Assembly: GCA_964016885.1 (NCBI GenBank)
Contig: OZ024740.1
Location: forward strand, 76,198,001 to 76,262,000
Direction: 5' to 3'
Length of the DNA stretch: 64,000 bases
Origin: Eledone cirrhosa
Lineage: Eukaryota
This document shows, one piece after another, positions 1 to 13,500 of this stretch. Within the stretch, counting starts at the first letter, position 1, and every line of letters begins with the position of its first letter. A program made the translations under genes and the position numbers. Below the pieces are notes generated by a model, which searched no databases, was not told the DNA's origin, and was given only the letters and a program-made list of their open reading frames with translations.

Positions 1-514
1 AAAAAATAAAGGCAAAATGTAAAAAAATATAGAGGCATTAACTAATCATTTTTGTTGTCATAATTGTAGTGATGTAAATTCTAAATTAGCCAAATTTAAC
101 TATAAAAGAAAAGTGCTTTTTTGTCGATTTACGTTTAATTAATAGAAAAAACCCCGTGATAATAGAAGTTCCAATACTCAAATTATGGGCTTCCAAAATT
201 TTCACTATAGGGGGTTTAACCCCCATTAGGGTGCCTTAATATTATTGAAATTTGCTGAAATTTTGTGAATAGGCATCACATCTCGTCATTTACCTATGGT
301 TTAAATTTCATATAAATGGAAGGAAAATCTTGTGGCGGGAGCAAGCGGGGGTTTGTGCCCCCGGGAACCATTTGATTAAAATGAAATATACTTATCCAAG
401 TATCCTGAGCATTGTAGTTTCAGAATATATATGGTTATGGGCGTCTATCTCGAAAACCATAGGAGCAGTTCGAGAACAAAGAAACAAACAAACAGACAGG
501 AGCTACAACTTTAT

Positions 515-520
<6 letters not shown>
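1..520 (-). mobile_element. Probable non-autonomous Helitron/DINE-like element (partial, runs off window)
   Basis: Minus strand begins TATATAATAAAG followed by a (CTGT/TTGT)n microsatellite next to a (TA)n tract, a layout typical of these elements; the other end is not visible. Confidence 0.35.
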
Positions 521-576
<56 letters not shown>

Positions 577-715
577 GTAGTATCACAACAGTTAGTTCAC
601 CATACCTTGCGATGCTTTATTAAGAGAGTTGTGTGGACATAAAGTCAGCGATGCAGTTAACTACAGTCTATAACCTATATATATATATGTATTTACAATC
701 TATACAATCTATCTA

Positions 716-890
716 TCTATATACTACTAGAATTCTGTGATTGCTTGCTTGCTTGCTTGTCTGTAATGTAATACAGCCAAAAGGCCGCATGATGGGAAAA
801 TACTTTGAAAGGAAGTTGAACCTGAAATGGGGATACAAATGGAATAAAACAAGTTATCGCGAGATATAGGGTTTTTCCAGGTATCTTCAT

Positions 891-966
<76 letters not shown>

Positions 967-967
967 T

Positions 968-1007
<40 letters not shown>

Positions 1008-1130
1008 AGGATAGAGTGAAAGAAATAGTGGTTTTGAGAGAGCAGATGAAATAGAGACATAGAGAGAGGGAGAGGAGACAGAGAAGGAGAATGGAAGAGA
1101 GAGGGAGTGAAAGAGCTGATGGTGTTGTGC

Positions 1131-1177
<47 letters not shown>

Positions 1178-1475
1178 AATGTGTGTGTATATATATAATA
1201 TATATATATGTGTGTGTGTGTCTATGACCAGTGTATATAGATTACAGACACCTACACATATATATATATATATACACACACTTACATATATATATACACA
1301 CACACACATTTATATATATATACACACACACGTATATATATGGGCCTTCCGGTTTCATTCAACATTATATACATGTCTGTGTATGTTCTAATTATTTAAA
1401 AATCATTTTTAAGTGAACATGATTTAAAAAAATATTTTGAAGTGAACGTGACCCAACTGGTCACGGGTGGTCTAG
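716..1475 (+). mobile_element. Non-autonomous Helitron-like element
   Basis: 5' A|TC start followed by (TTGC)n; 3' hairpin CGTGACC-caact-GGTCACG then CTAG|T at 1472-1476; internal (GA)n and (TA)n. Confidence 0.55.
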
Positions 1476-1712
1476 TAATATTATAAAGCTAAGCGTCGTA
1501 TGTATGTATGTATGTATGTATGTATGTATGTATGTATGTATGTATGTATGTATGTATGTATGTATCCTACACACCTCCCTATAGTTTCTTAGCTTTACTC
1601 TCTCCGTCACTCTTCCCTCTCTCTATAATAGATCACACAAATATACATGCTTTCACACCTGATTTCGCCAATTGCCGGATAACATCAGAACAAAACACAC
1701 AGACACACACAT

Positions 1713-1820
<108 letters not shown>

Positions 1821-1884
1821 CTATACTTATAAACCTGACGGTCGTATGTATGTATGTATGTATGTATGTATGTATGTATGTATG

Positions 1885-4138
1885 ATATTTGGCCCATACA
1901 ACTTCAGGTCATCAATGAAGAAAAGATGGGAGATACTTCTGGACCCACTTATTTGTCAACCTTATTTCCTGAGTAGGTAAGATAGTGGATTTAGTGAAAG
2001 AACGAAGAGTAGCACTGACAAGTTATCACCTTGAAAGATGCCCTTCTGGTAATGTATCCTATCAGTCTTAACTTTCTCCTTCTCACCTCTAAGGATCAAA
2101 TTGGTGTACCAGTTCTTGGTCAGGCGTTCAATAGCAACTACCAATGGTTGTGGGACTTTGGCTAACTCTAAAGCCTTAATAATCCACCCATGAGGTACAC
2201 TATCAAATGATTTTTGATAGTCCAGCCACACCACAGTCATGTTTCTGCGATTCTTTGTTGTTTTTTCCTGAATCATTTTATTAGTTAGTAGGTGATCTTT
2301 GCAACCCCACACCTCCCTCTTTCCACTAGCTCGCTCAGGTGTTATGATGTTGTTGGTAGCACAGTGATCCTGTAAGAACAGGTTAAGGCACCCAGTATAT
2401 AATTTATACATGATGTTTTGGCAGGCTATTGGGCGGTAATTTTTAGCAAGGGTGTTTTGGCTATTTTGGGGAATGAGGAGAGTAGTGGTAGTTGATAACC
2501 ATCTGGGCAGTTCTTGTGTGCCTTTAATGGTTTCTGTAAACAGCCGTATGAGATCTTGCTGATAGAAAGTGAAATTCTTCAACCAGTATCCTCTAATGAG
2601 ATCTGGGCCTGGTGATTTCCTATTTGACATTTTCTGTAGGGCTGTTTCCAGTATTGACCCATCTATGTCATATTGTTTTGTTTGGACATGTTGGAAGTAG
2701 TCCTGTTCCAGTTCTTCTAGCCAATTAGTTTGTCTGTTGAATCCGTCATCCGTTTCCCATACAAATCTCCAGTAGCTCTCAACCTGTTCTTTTGAAGGGG
2801 TGTCATTTACAGGGATTCAGCTTTTGCCACCGAAGCTGCGATAAACTGATTTAGGATCTCTGGCAAACAATCTATTTAGCACTTGTCGTTTATGTGCTGT
2901 TGACTTATATTTTAGTCTTTCTGTTGTAGCTGTGAGTTGTTGTTTCAACTGGTGTAATTTGGAGTTCAAAGTTTTAAATTTTGTATCTCCAAATCGTCTC
3001 TCTAACTTTTTTTTTAGGTCTTCCTGGTGTCGTGTGAAGTTGCTCTCTATGTTGCATTTCATAACGACTGCGATGTGTGAGATACTTCGTCTCAGGGACA
3101 AAACTTTGCTTTTTAAATTTCGCATCCACGCTGGTTCAGGCTTTTTGTTTGTATCTTGATTGCGTGGTTTTAGATGTGTGTTATATGATAGCAATGTGAC
3201 AGCTGAAACATATAACAAAATATTAAGTATTTTAAATGTCGTTTTGATCGTATAGCCTTCAGATAATTGCCAGCTATTTCGTTCACCGCTTCCAATTCCA
3301 ATTTAGTGGGTTCTTTACTGATTCTGGTGATGTATGGTCTGTCACTCACATTAAGGCTGTGTATCTCTTGAAACATATCGTCCCATATCACTTGTAAGGT
3401 GTCCACAAGTTTTTGGTGTTCTGTTTGTACAGTAGAGTCATGAATTTCAGCCTCGTTGTTGATGTGGTGACAATTACTACTAGAGTTAGCTGACCATTCT
3501 CGCTGTTCTTCAGTGGAAGTGGGATGGATTTCAGCAAAATTGTTGGTGAGCTGTTCACTGTTAGATTTAGCTGGCCATTCTCTTTGTCTGTCAGTGGAGG
3601 TACGGTGGTTGTCTACAAGGGCTGTATTTGTAGTATCACTCAATTCCGTAAGATGTATCAATTTACATCTAATGATACGTTTTGCCTGTTCATTTAAATG
3701 CTTTGGAGAAAAGTCTAATTCTGGGTGTTAGGAGTGCCATAAAGTTTTTAGCCTTTGCATAAAACCGAACTTTTGGGGTTCAGATTGTTTGTATGCTTCA
3801 TATAATTCTTTGTTAAGCTCGTAGCTCCACTGTATACAACGGTTGTAGTTGCGATTTGGTCGAAGGAGACTTGTACTTTTTGCCATGATGAGTTCGTCTA
3901 TTCACTAATATTTCGTATTTATTTTTCAAAATAGTCGATGATCTTCTTTAAAAGTTTTGACAAAGTTCTGTCAGAATCAAATTTAAAGTTATTCACAGCT
4001 TGGGTAATATTTCTTTTCAGTTAGTTTTTAATTCTACAACTGTGTTTTAAACGTTGTTCTTGAATCGTTTGAATCGAGAACAAAAAGAACCGTTACTTAA
4101 TATATTTCTTTATGAATGTAATATAATATAACAACGCT
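1885..4138 (-). mobile_element. R4/Dong-like non-LTR retrotransposon, 5' part (N-terminal domain plus RT), disrupted
   Basis: ORF begins MAKSTS near 3887 with W..ELN/RLK.LW..HP; RT motifs KSPGPD, NYRPIAC, WLDYQKSFDSVPH, GIFQGDNLS; stops present; cut before the YxDD motif; (TATG)n on both sides. Confidence 0.85.
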
Positions 4139-4222
4139 GTATGTATGTATGTTTGTATGTATGTATGTATGTATGTATGTATGTATGTATGTATGTATGT
4201 ATGTATGTATGTATGTATGTAT

Positions 4223-4623
4223 GGGAGAGATGACCCCTTAGCCTTTGTCAAGGCAGAATTCTAGGAGAAGGAAAACTCTGATGTAACACCTGCAACCCTG
4301 ATGGTATCCAATGATGTTGACTTGTTCTTCTTTTTGGTAAATATCATCTTGGTTAAGAGAGTGGGACTGGCTTTGTGCAGTGCCTTTGCTCACTATAAAA
4401 GCTTCATAGCACAGGCATTGCTTTATATCTGGAGATCTCTCTGCACTTGTCGTCACATGGTACCATGGGCCCAGCAATAATTGTCACAAGTGTAGTGTCT
4501 GTACCAGAGTTTTCAAGTCGCTGGCTGGACTAAAAAGTCACATTCGTTCAGCGCATCGGTAGGGGTTCTCCTACATGGATATAAAGTAGTGGCCGTACTC
4601 GAAAACGAGTTGGCAGCCACCAT
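4223..4623 (+). mobile_element. SINE-like non-autonomous element (tail type 1) in (TATG)n
   Basis: Near-identical to 7579-7988, 8796-9204 and 24405-24734; shared terminal stem-loop; orientation inferred from the shared right end. Confidence 0.75.
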
Positions 4624-4639
4624 ATGTATGTATGTATGT

Positions 4640-7515
4640 TCTTCTGGTTTTATAATTTCACAAATTTTTTTCCCAATAGAGAGAGTCGGTTTCTAACATA
4701 GATACAATACTCTCTCATTGGAATTTACACAACATCAACTAGGTAGATTATGTTTGCATGTGTAGATATGGATGTTATTGTATGTGTGGATGTGTATGTT
4801 TTGAGTTGTATGTGTGCATGTGTATATGCTTTGTATTTGTACATGTGTATATGCAGTTATTAGATGCAACATTTTTGGAATGTTTTACATATTTTTACTG
4901 TTCCATTAATGGATTGTACTTGTAATTTCTTTCTGTTCCTGTGAAGCCTAGCTTCTCAAGATTTGTATTGAGGCAGTTACTAACATACCCCAGTGCCCCA
5001 ATAATCACAGGCATAAATCTGAAGGTGTAATCAGGGTCGAGTATCTGCAGATTTCTCATCAGTTCTGCATAAATATTCTCCTTTTCGCTAATCTTTGATA
5101 TTATATTGGCATCTGCTGGGCAGCTAATTTCCACTACTGTGCATGATTTCTTCTCCCTGTACCATATCATAATAGCTGGTCTGTTATGCCTGCATTTTAT
5201 TGGGGGTTTTACTGGAACATTCCACCAGTACTATTTCATATTAAGTACATGGATGTCTTCCACATTGCTGTAGCTTTTAATGTGTTTATTATCGGGGCTA
5301 TCTTTTTTACGGAGTGCATTGTACAGTGTTTTGGCCCCTACATCATGCCTCATAGGTAGATAGTACCGCGATGACATCTTTAGACAGCTGCTGATGACAT
5401 GGGTGATATCCTCGATGTTAGTTCTGCAGAGTCTGCACTTGTTATCACATCTAGGTGTTTTGCCTGCATCTCTATCTCTTTTGTGAATCAGGTATTTCGT
5501 GTTAATCTCCTGTTCTTGGATTACAAAATCGTATCCTTCAAAGTGGGAGCCAATATAGCGGTTGTTGGTCCAAGATAGACTACTTTCCTTATCTATATTA
5601 CTCTCACTCTGGAGCTTCCTGGCAACATATCCATGCATGATTTTTTGCTGATAAGCATGCAGTTTTTCATCCATGGATTCACTGCGATACTGCTGAGCGA
5701 CTTCCCTGGGTGTGAGTTTTTGATTATCACACAGGGAATATCTCTCGAGCAGTTCCTTCCCAACTCTCATGATCTTATCTGTTTCATGCAAATAGACTTG
5801 CTCGAGAGACGGGCTCCTACGCTTTGAGATTCGTAGATGTTGTCGGAGAGATATGATGCGACATTAAAATGTTGTCTGCTTACGTTTCAAGCAAAGGCGG
5901 TCTATGTCACTGTTGATGTGGAAGTTTCCGGCGTTGTTTAGTATTTTTCGAGTTCCAACATCAACTGCTCGGATTTCGTCTATCGTCCAATTGAGTATTC
6001 GAAACGTTGGTGTTAGGACAGGCACAGCAAACACATTGTGAGCCACTGTTTTGTTTTGCACAGAGAGTTCCGGTGACCAAATCTTTCTTAATCGGGTGTA
6101 GTATTCCCTGGTTACGCGTTCTTTATTACAGATACCATTATAGGATATGTTCTCATCTATCCCCAGGTATCTGTAGCAGTCCTCATCAGATATCGGTGAA
6201 ACAGTTAGGTCATTGATGACAATGTTGCTAGATTGGGTTGTTGTTTTTCCCCGCTTTACAGTCATGTATGAGAATTTATCTTGGCCAAACTCCATTCCTT
6301 TGAGAACGTTGTAACCAGGTCAATATTTTTTTTCATCCCATCCATGTTCTATAGAGTTTCAGATCGTCCACAAAGAAATTATGGGTTAGGTTCGTATTTT
6401 TGTGAACCAATGATGTTTCCCTCACATTTCTTGAGCAGAAAGAACAAGGAGTTTAATGACAAGATGAATAATATCACAGAGAGACTGTTCCACTGAAATA
6501 TACCCCTGCAATATTTTATTTTATTAGTGAAAATAGAGTCCTCCTTCTCTGTCTTTAACCTTAGGATAATAGCCCAAGAAGAAGACAGCCTCTCTATGGC
6601 TCTGACAATAATGTCTGGGACTTTAGCAAGTTGGAAGGCCTCTATCATCCAAGAGTGGGGAACAGAATCGAAAGCTTTCCTGTAGTCCAGCCAGACTGTA
6701 GCCATATTCCTCCTAAGTTGTCGCACCTCCGGCATATCAGTTTTGTTGATAAGGAGTTGTTCAGCACATCCCCAAACCCCTTTCTTTCCAGCTGCTTGTT
6801 CATCTGTGATGATGTTATTATTTTCAAAGTGATCTTCGAGGAATAGGTTCAGGCAGGCAGTATACATCTTATACATCAGGTCGGTAGTTTTTTGCCAAGT
6901 GGGTGTCTTTGTTCTTGGGGACCAGTAATGTTTGTGCTAATGTCAACCATTCTGGTATAAGTGTATCTCCCTTAAGAACTTGTTGGTAGAGGTCAGTAAG
7001 ATACCTCCGATAGAATATCATTTTTTTGTACCAGTAGCCGACAATCAAGTCTCTTCCTGGTGTTTTCTTATCTTGGAGTTTTCCTATCACAGTCTCAAGA
7101 GTACCCTCACTTATTTCGTATGTTTTTGTTGTAGTGTAGGAGCAATAGTTCTTTCGGATTTCTTTTAGCCACACTGCATCTTGGTTGGAATTCTTCTTTT
7201 CACCCCATATTTTGCTCCAAAAGGAATCTATGTCTTTCTCGGTGACACTGATTATTTTGTTCTTCATATCTCTATAGACTGATGTTTGGTTTCGTCTGAA
7301 TCTTTTATTAAGCACTTTTCTCTCATCTTCCTTCTTCAGGTATCGGCGTTTTTCGCTAACAGCTCTCAATTCTTGTTTGAGGGTGATCAGCTTATATTGA
7401 AGAGTTCTGGTTCTACTGTTAGCAAACATCGTCTCTATTTTATTTTTCACTCTTTGTTGGTGAGGAGTGAGGTTTTTTGTGTTTGTCTGTATGTAAGGAG
7501 CATTGTCACATATCC
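4640..7515 (-). mobile_element. R4/Dong-like non-LTR retrotransposon, 5'-truncated, RT plus CCHC plus REL endonuclease, disrupted
   Basis: WLDYRKAFDSVPH, YRYLGI, CRLC-x7-H-x4-C (CRLCRTNIEDITHVISSC), RHD, NRP(A)I and VVEISCP motifs across frameshifted ORFs; (TATG)n on both sides. Confidence 0.88.
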
Positions 7516-7578
7516 TATGTATGTATGCATGTATGTATGTATGTATGTATGTATGTATGTATGTATGTATGTATGTAT

Positions 7579-7988
7579 GGGAGAGATGACCCCTTAGCCT
7601 TTGTCAAGGCAGAATTCTAGGAGAAGGAAAACTCTGATATAACACCTGCAACCCCGATGGCATCCAATGATGTTGACTTGTTCTTCTTTTTGGTAAATAT
7701 CATCTTGGTTAAGAGAGTGGGACTGGCTTTGTGCAGTGCCTTTGCTCACTATAAAAGCTTCATAGCACAGGCATTGCTTTATATCTGGATATCTCTCTGC
7801 ACTTGTCGTCACATGGTACCATGGGCCCACCACTATGTATCAATAATTGTCTCAAGTGTAGTGTTTGTATCAGAGTTTTCAAGTCGCTGGCTGGACTAAA
7901 AGGTCACACTCGTTCAGCGTATCGGTAGGGGTTCTTCTACATGGATATAAAGTAGTGGCCTTACTCGAAAACGAGTTGGCAGCCGCCT
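7579..7988 (+). mobile_element. SINE-like element (tail type 1) in (TATG)n
   Basis: Copy of 4223-4623 with the same left breakpoint. Confidence 0.75.
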
Positions 7989-8067
7989 TATGTATGTATG
8001 TATGTATGTATGTATGTATGTATGTATGTATGTATGTATGTATGTATGTATGTATGTATGTATGTAT

Positions 8068-8535
8068 GTCAGGTCACTCTTGGGTGCTACTGGTAACATG
8101 TAATCCAGTACAACCTGTCACATGGTTGGGTCGTTGGTGACTAAACCAGCAACCCCATCAAGTTTACTTGGTGAGGAGCGTGATATGTGGACACCCCGCG
8201 GGACAAAAAGATACAAAACCCGACAAAGGGCGGAAGAACTCATAAGAGTCAACGGCCATCCTAAAATGTGTAAATATGTGTATACATATATACATGTGTA
8301 TATATATGTATATATATATGTATATATATGTATATATGTATATACTTGTGTGCAAATGTATTCTTATTTTCGTGCTATAGCTACTGTCGCTCAGAGAGTG
8401 GGATTGGCTGTGCATAGTATTTCCTCACTTAAAAAAATTTTTCACGCACAGGCATTGCACAGCAGCATTAATTGACAATTATTACTAATGTTATATCGTG
8501 CAATGGCCATACTCGATAACGAGGAGGCAGCCATT
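8068..8535 (+). mobile_element. SINE-like element (shared head, tail type 2) in (TATG)n
   Basis: Head matches 8597-8790; tail matches about 24290-24388. Confidence 0.7.
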
Positions 8536-8595
8536 ATGTATGTATGTATGTATGTATGTATGTATGTATGTATGTATGTATGTATGTATGTATGT

Positions 8596-9204
8596 GTCAG
8601 GTCACCAGTTGGTGCTACTGGTAACATGTATCCCAGTACAACCTGTCTCATGGTCGGGTCGTTGGCGACTAAACTGGCAACCCCACCAAGGTTTCTTGGT
8701 GAGGAGGGTGACTTTGGACATCCTGCAGGACTAAAAACAAAACCTGTCAAAGGGCAAAGGAGCTCTTAAGAGTCAATGGCCTTCCAAAATCACCGGGAGA
8801 GATGACCCCTTAGCCTTTGTCAAGGCAGAATTCTAGGAGAAGGAAAACTCTGATATAACACCTGCAACCCTGATGGTATCCAATGATGTTGACTTGTTCT
8901 TCTTTTTGGTAAATATCATCTTGGTTAAGAGAGTGGGACTGGCTTTGTGCAATGCCTTTGCTCACTATAAAAGCTTCACGGCACAGGCATTGCTTTATAT
9001 CTGGAGATCTCTCTGCACTTGTCATCACATGGTACCATGGGCCCAGCACTGTGTGTCAATAATTGTCACAGGTGTAGTGTTTGTACCAGAGTTTTCAAGT
9101 CGCTGGCTGGACTCAAAAGTCACACTCGTTCAGCGCATCGGTAGGGGTTCTCCTACATGGATATAAAGTAGTGGCCGTACTCGAAAACGAGTTGGCAGCC
9201 ACCA
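8596..9204 (+). mobile_element. Longest SINE-like copy (head, body, tail type 1)
   Basis: Contains the head seen at 8068 and the whole body and tail seen at 4223 and 7579; (TATG)n on both sides. Confidence 0.75.
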
Positions 9205-9274
9205 TGTATGTATGTATGTATGTATGTATTCATGCATGCATAGATATACACTTTGTATAACGTTTCTTTTCCAG

Positions 9275-9406
9275 TTGCTTACACACCTGATAACGTAGTG
9301 TTCATGTGGGAGGATAACAATCCCGTGTCTATATATGGGAAACTAGAAATGGCTCAATTTGTCATCGATAACATCCATCCTGAGAATTGCTCCACTAAAT
9401 ATGAAG
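9275..9406 (+). CDS. Internal exon of a Cys-loop anion channel subunit (loop B to first Cys of loop C); absent from the ORF track
   Basis: tttcttttccAG acceptor and G|GTAATC donor; 132 bp, phase 1-1; AYTPDNVVFMWEDNNPVSIYGKLEMAQFVIDNIHPENCSTKYE aligns with GlyR GYTMNDLIFEW...LTLPQF...YCTKHY; splices in frame to 19609. Confidence 0.92.
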
Positions 9407-10062
9407 GTAATCAATCACATTTGCACTAATTTCAATTCTGATCACACATCTACAATATTGATAAAACTGCATCCCCCAAAATAAGTTGTATTTTATAATC
9501 CCGCCTTAACATTTCTTTCTAGCATTTGTTGCTCCACTCATTCGCAAGCTTTAGAACATGGCTTCCAATTTAATGATTAACATAGTTTATTGACACACTG
9601 CTTCCGACCGAACTTTGAGCCATATACAATCAAGCCAATGCAAAGCTGGTAATAAGTAGGTCAAGGTCGGATGTTAAAAGTACGGCTCCAATGCTGGCAA
9701 CATCCCTCATTTCAAGTTGTTATTAGTAAAGGTTACTACGGGTTATAGGTATATACTTATAAATGGTTTATTCAGAAGTAACAGAAGAGGATTAAAAAAA
9801 AACCTTCCAAACATACTAGGAGTTGAGGCGTGTAAGAAGCCCTAACATCGTAGACCCATTGCAACTGGTTCATGTGGAGAAAAGATTTTGATCTCCTTCC
9901 TCAGTTTATAACTGGTGCACCAACGGTCACAGAGCTGTAGATCTACCCGTAACAATTGGATTTCATCTGAACTATTTACAGGGATCAACATGTTGGTTAA
10001 TGGCTATTTATGCCGTTTTTTCCTTTTCCCTTTCAACAATAAACTAACTTTAAACCACATGA

Positions 10063-10495
10063 AATAATTGTTTCTGATTTAAGCACAAGGCCAACAATTT
10101 TGAGGGAGGGGAAAGTCAATTAAATCGACACCAGTGTGTTACTAATACTTTATTTTATCGGCCCCATAAAGATAAAAGGCAAAGCTACCTCGGCGAGATT
10201 TGAACACATAACGTAAAGGGACGTAACTCTATGTCACGATGTATGGTGTTCGGCACTCTACCGATTCTGCCAATCCACCATAAAACAATGGTTTCTGATT
10301 TAGGTACAAGGCCAACACTTTCGGGGAAAGTGAGAGTCAATTAAATCGACCCAGTGCATTACTGGTACTTTATTTTATCGACCCCGTGAGGATGGAAGGC
10401 AAAGCTAACCTTGACAGGATTTGAACTCATAACGTAAAGGGCCATAACTCTATGTCGCTAAGCATGTTGTCCGATTCTGCCAATTCAGCGCCCTA
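10063..10495 (-). mobile_element. Two tandem tRNA-derived SINE copies
   Basis: Reverse complement of the family at 22923 and 57038 (B-box GAGTTCAAATCC; GGGGTCGATAAAATAAAGTACCAG core). Confidence 0.8.
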
Positions 10496-10545
10496 ATTCA
10501 CCATAAAATAAAACTAAATAACAAAGACACTAAATCGGGAATTCT

Positions 10546-13500
10546 CCCCTCTCTATACTAACATCCACAGTCCTCTCTCTAGCCACATCCACAGTCCTCT
10601 CTATACTAACATCCACAGTCCTCTCTCTAGCCACATCCACAGTCCTCTCTCTAGCCACATCCACAGTCCTCTCTCTAGCCACATCCACAGTCCTCTCTAT
10701 ACTAACATCCACAGTCCTCTCTCTAGCCACATCCACAGTCCTCTCTCTAGCCACATCCACAGTCCTCTCTATACTAACATCCACAGTCCTCTCTCTAGCC
10801 ACATCCACAGTCCTCTCTATACTAACATCCACAGTCCTCTCTCTAGCCACATCCACAGTCCTCTCTCTAGCCACATCCACAGTCCTCTCTCTAGCCACAT
10901 CCACAGTCCTCTCTCTAGCCACATCCACAGTCCTCTCTATACTAACATCCACAGTCCTCTCTCTAGCCACATCCACAGTCCTCTCTCTAGCCACATCCAC
11001 AGTCCTCTCTATACTAACATCCACAGTCCTCTCTCTAGCCACATCCACAGTCCTCTCTATACTAACATCCACAGTCCTCTCTCTAGCCACATCCACAGTC
11101 CTCTCTATACTAACATCCACCGTCCCCTCTCTAGCCACATCCACAGTCCTCTCTATACTAACATCCACAGTCCCCTCTCTAGCCACATCCACAGTCCTCT
11201 CTATACTAACATCCACAGTCCTCTCTCTAGCCACATCCACAGTCCTCTCTATACTAACATCCACAGTCCTCTCTCTAGCCACATCCACAGTCCTCTCTAT
11301 ACTAACATCCACAGTCCCCTCTCTAGCCACATCCACAGTCCTCTCTATACTAACATCCACAGTCCTCTCTCTAGCCACATCCACAGTCCTCTCTATACTA
11401 ACATCCACAGTCCCCTCTCTAGCCACATCCACAGTCCTCTCTATACTAACATCCACAGTCCTCTCTCTAGCCACATCCACAGTCCTCTCTATACTAACAT
11501 CCACAGTCCCCTCTCTAGCCACATCCACAGTCCTCTCTATACTAACATCCACAGTCCTCTCTCTAGCCACATCCACAGTCCTCTCTATACTAACATCCAC
11601 AGTCCCCTCTCTAGCCACATCCACAGTCCTCTCTATACTAACATCCACAGTCCTCTCTCTAGCCACATCCACAGTCCTCTCTATACTAACATCCACAGTC
11701 CTCTCTCTAGCCACATCCACAGTCCTCTCTATACTAACATCCACAGTCCTCTCTCTAGCCACATCCACAGTCCTCTCTCTAGCCACATCCACAGTCCTCT
11801 CTATACTAACATCCACAGTCCTCTCTCTAGCCACATCCACAGTCCTCTCTATACTAACATCCACAGTCCTCTCTCTAGCCACATCCACAGTCCTCTCTCT
11901 AGCCACATCCACAGTCCTCTCTATACTAACATCCACAGTCCTCTCTCTAGCCACATCCACAGTCCTCTCTCTAGCCACATCCACAGTCCTCTCTATACTA
12001 ACATCCACAGTCCTCTCTCTAGCCACATCCACAGTCCTCTCTCTAGCCACATCCACAGTCCTCTCTCTAGCCACATCCACAGTCCTCTCTCTAGCCACAT
12101 CCACAGTCCTCTCTATACTAACATCCACAGTCCTCTCTCTAGCCACATCCACAGTCCTCTCTATACTAACATCCACAGTCCTCTCTCTAGCCACATCCAC
12201 AGTCCTCTCTCTAGCCACATCCACAGTCCTCTCTCTAGCCACATCCACAGTCCTCTCTATACTAACATCCACAGTCCTCTCTCTAGCCACATCCACAGTC
12301 CTCTCTCTAGCCACATCCACAGTCCTCTCTATACTAACATCCACAGTCCTCTCTCTAGCCACATCATCAGTCCTCTCTATACTAACATCCACAGTCCTCT
12401 CTCTAGCCACATCCACAGTCCTCTCTCTAGCCACATCCACAGTCCTCTCTATACTAACATCCACAGTCCTCTCTCTAGCCACATCCACAGTCCTCTCTCT
12501 AGCCACATCCACAGTCCTCTCTCTAGCCACATCCACAGTCCTCTCTATACTAACATCCACAGTCCTCTCTCTAGCCACATCCACAGTCCTCTCTATACTA
12601 ACATCCACAGTCCTCTCTCTAGCCACATCCACAGTCCTCTCTATACTAACATCCACAGTCCTCTCTCTAGCCACATCCACAGTCCTCTCTCTAGCCACAT
12701 CCACAGTCCTCTCTATACTAACATCCACAGTCCTCTCTCTAGCCACATCCACAGTCCTCTCTCTAGCCACATCCACAGTCCTCTCTATACTAACATCCAC
12801 AGTCCCCTCTCTAGCCACATCCACAGTCCTCTCTATACTAACATCCACAGTCCTCTCTCTAGCCACATCCACAGTCCTCTCTATACTAACATCCACAGTC
12901 CCCTCTCTAGCCACATCCACAGTCCTCTCTATACTAACATCCACAGTCCTCTCTCTAGCCACATCCACAGTCCTCTCTATACTAACATCCACAGTCCTCT
13001 CTCTAGCCACATCCACAGTCCTCTCTCTAGCCACATCCACAGTCCTCTCTATACTAACATCCACAGTCCTCTCTATACTAACATCCACAGTCCTCTCTAT
13101 ACTAACATCCACAGTCCTCTCTCTAGCCACATCCACAGTCCTCTCTATACTAACATCCACAGTCCTCTCTCTAGCCACATCCACAGTCCTCTCTATACTA
13201 ACATCCACAGTCCCCTCTCTAGCCACATCCACAGTCCTCTCTATACTAACATCCACAGTCCTCTCTCTAGCCACATCCACAGTCCTCTCTATACTAACAT
13301 CCACAGTCCTCTCTCTAGCCACATCCACAGTCCTCTCTATACTAACATCCACAGTCCCCTCTCTAGCCACATCCACAGTCCTCTCTATACTAACATCCAC
13401 AGTCCTCTCTCTAGCCACATCCACAGTCCTCTCTATACTAACATCCACAGTCCCCTCTCTAGCCACATCCACAGTCCTCTCTATACTAACATCCACAGTC

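Noticed and set aside
4238-4477. Repeated 79-aa ORF (also at 7594, 8810 and 24386) as a small gene family
   Set aside because: Lies within a recently copied repeat; no domain similarity or evidence of coding constraint
8596-8680. HDV-like ribozyme in the SINE head (ACC-TGTCTC(A/G)T-GGT...GACTAA)
   Set aside because: P3-like and J4/2-like words are present but I could not place a P1 helix; needs a descriptor search
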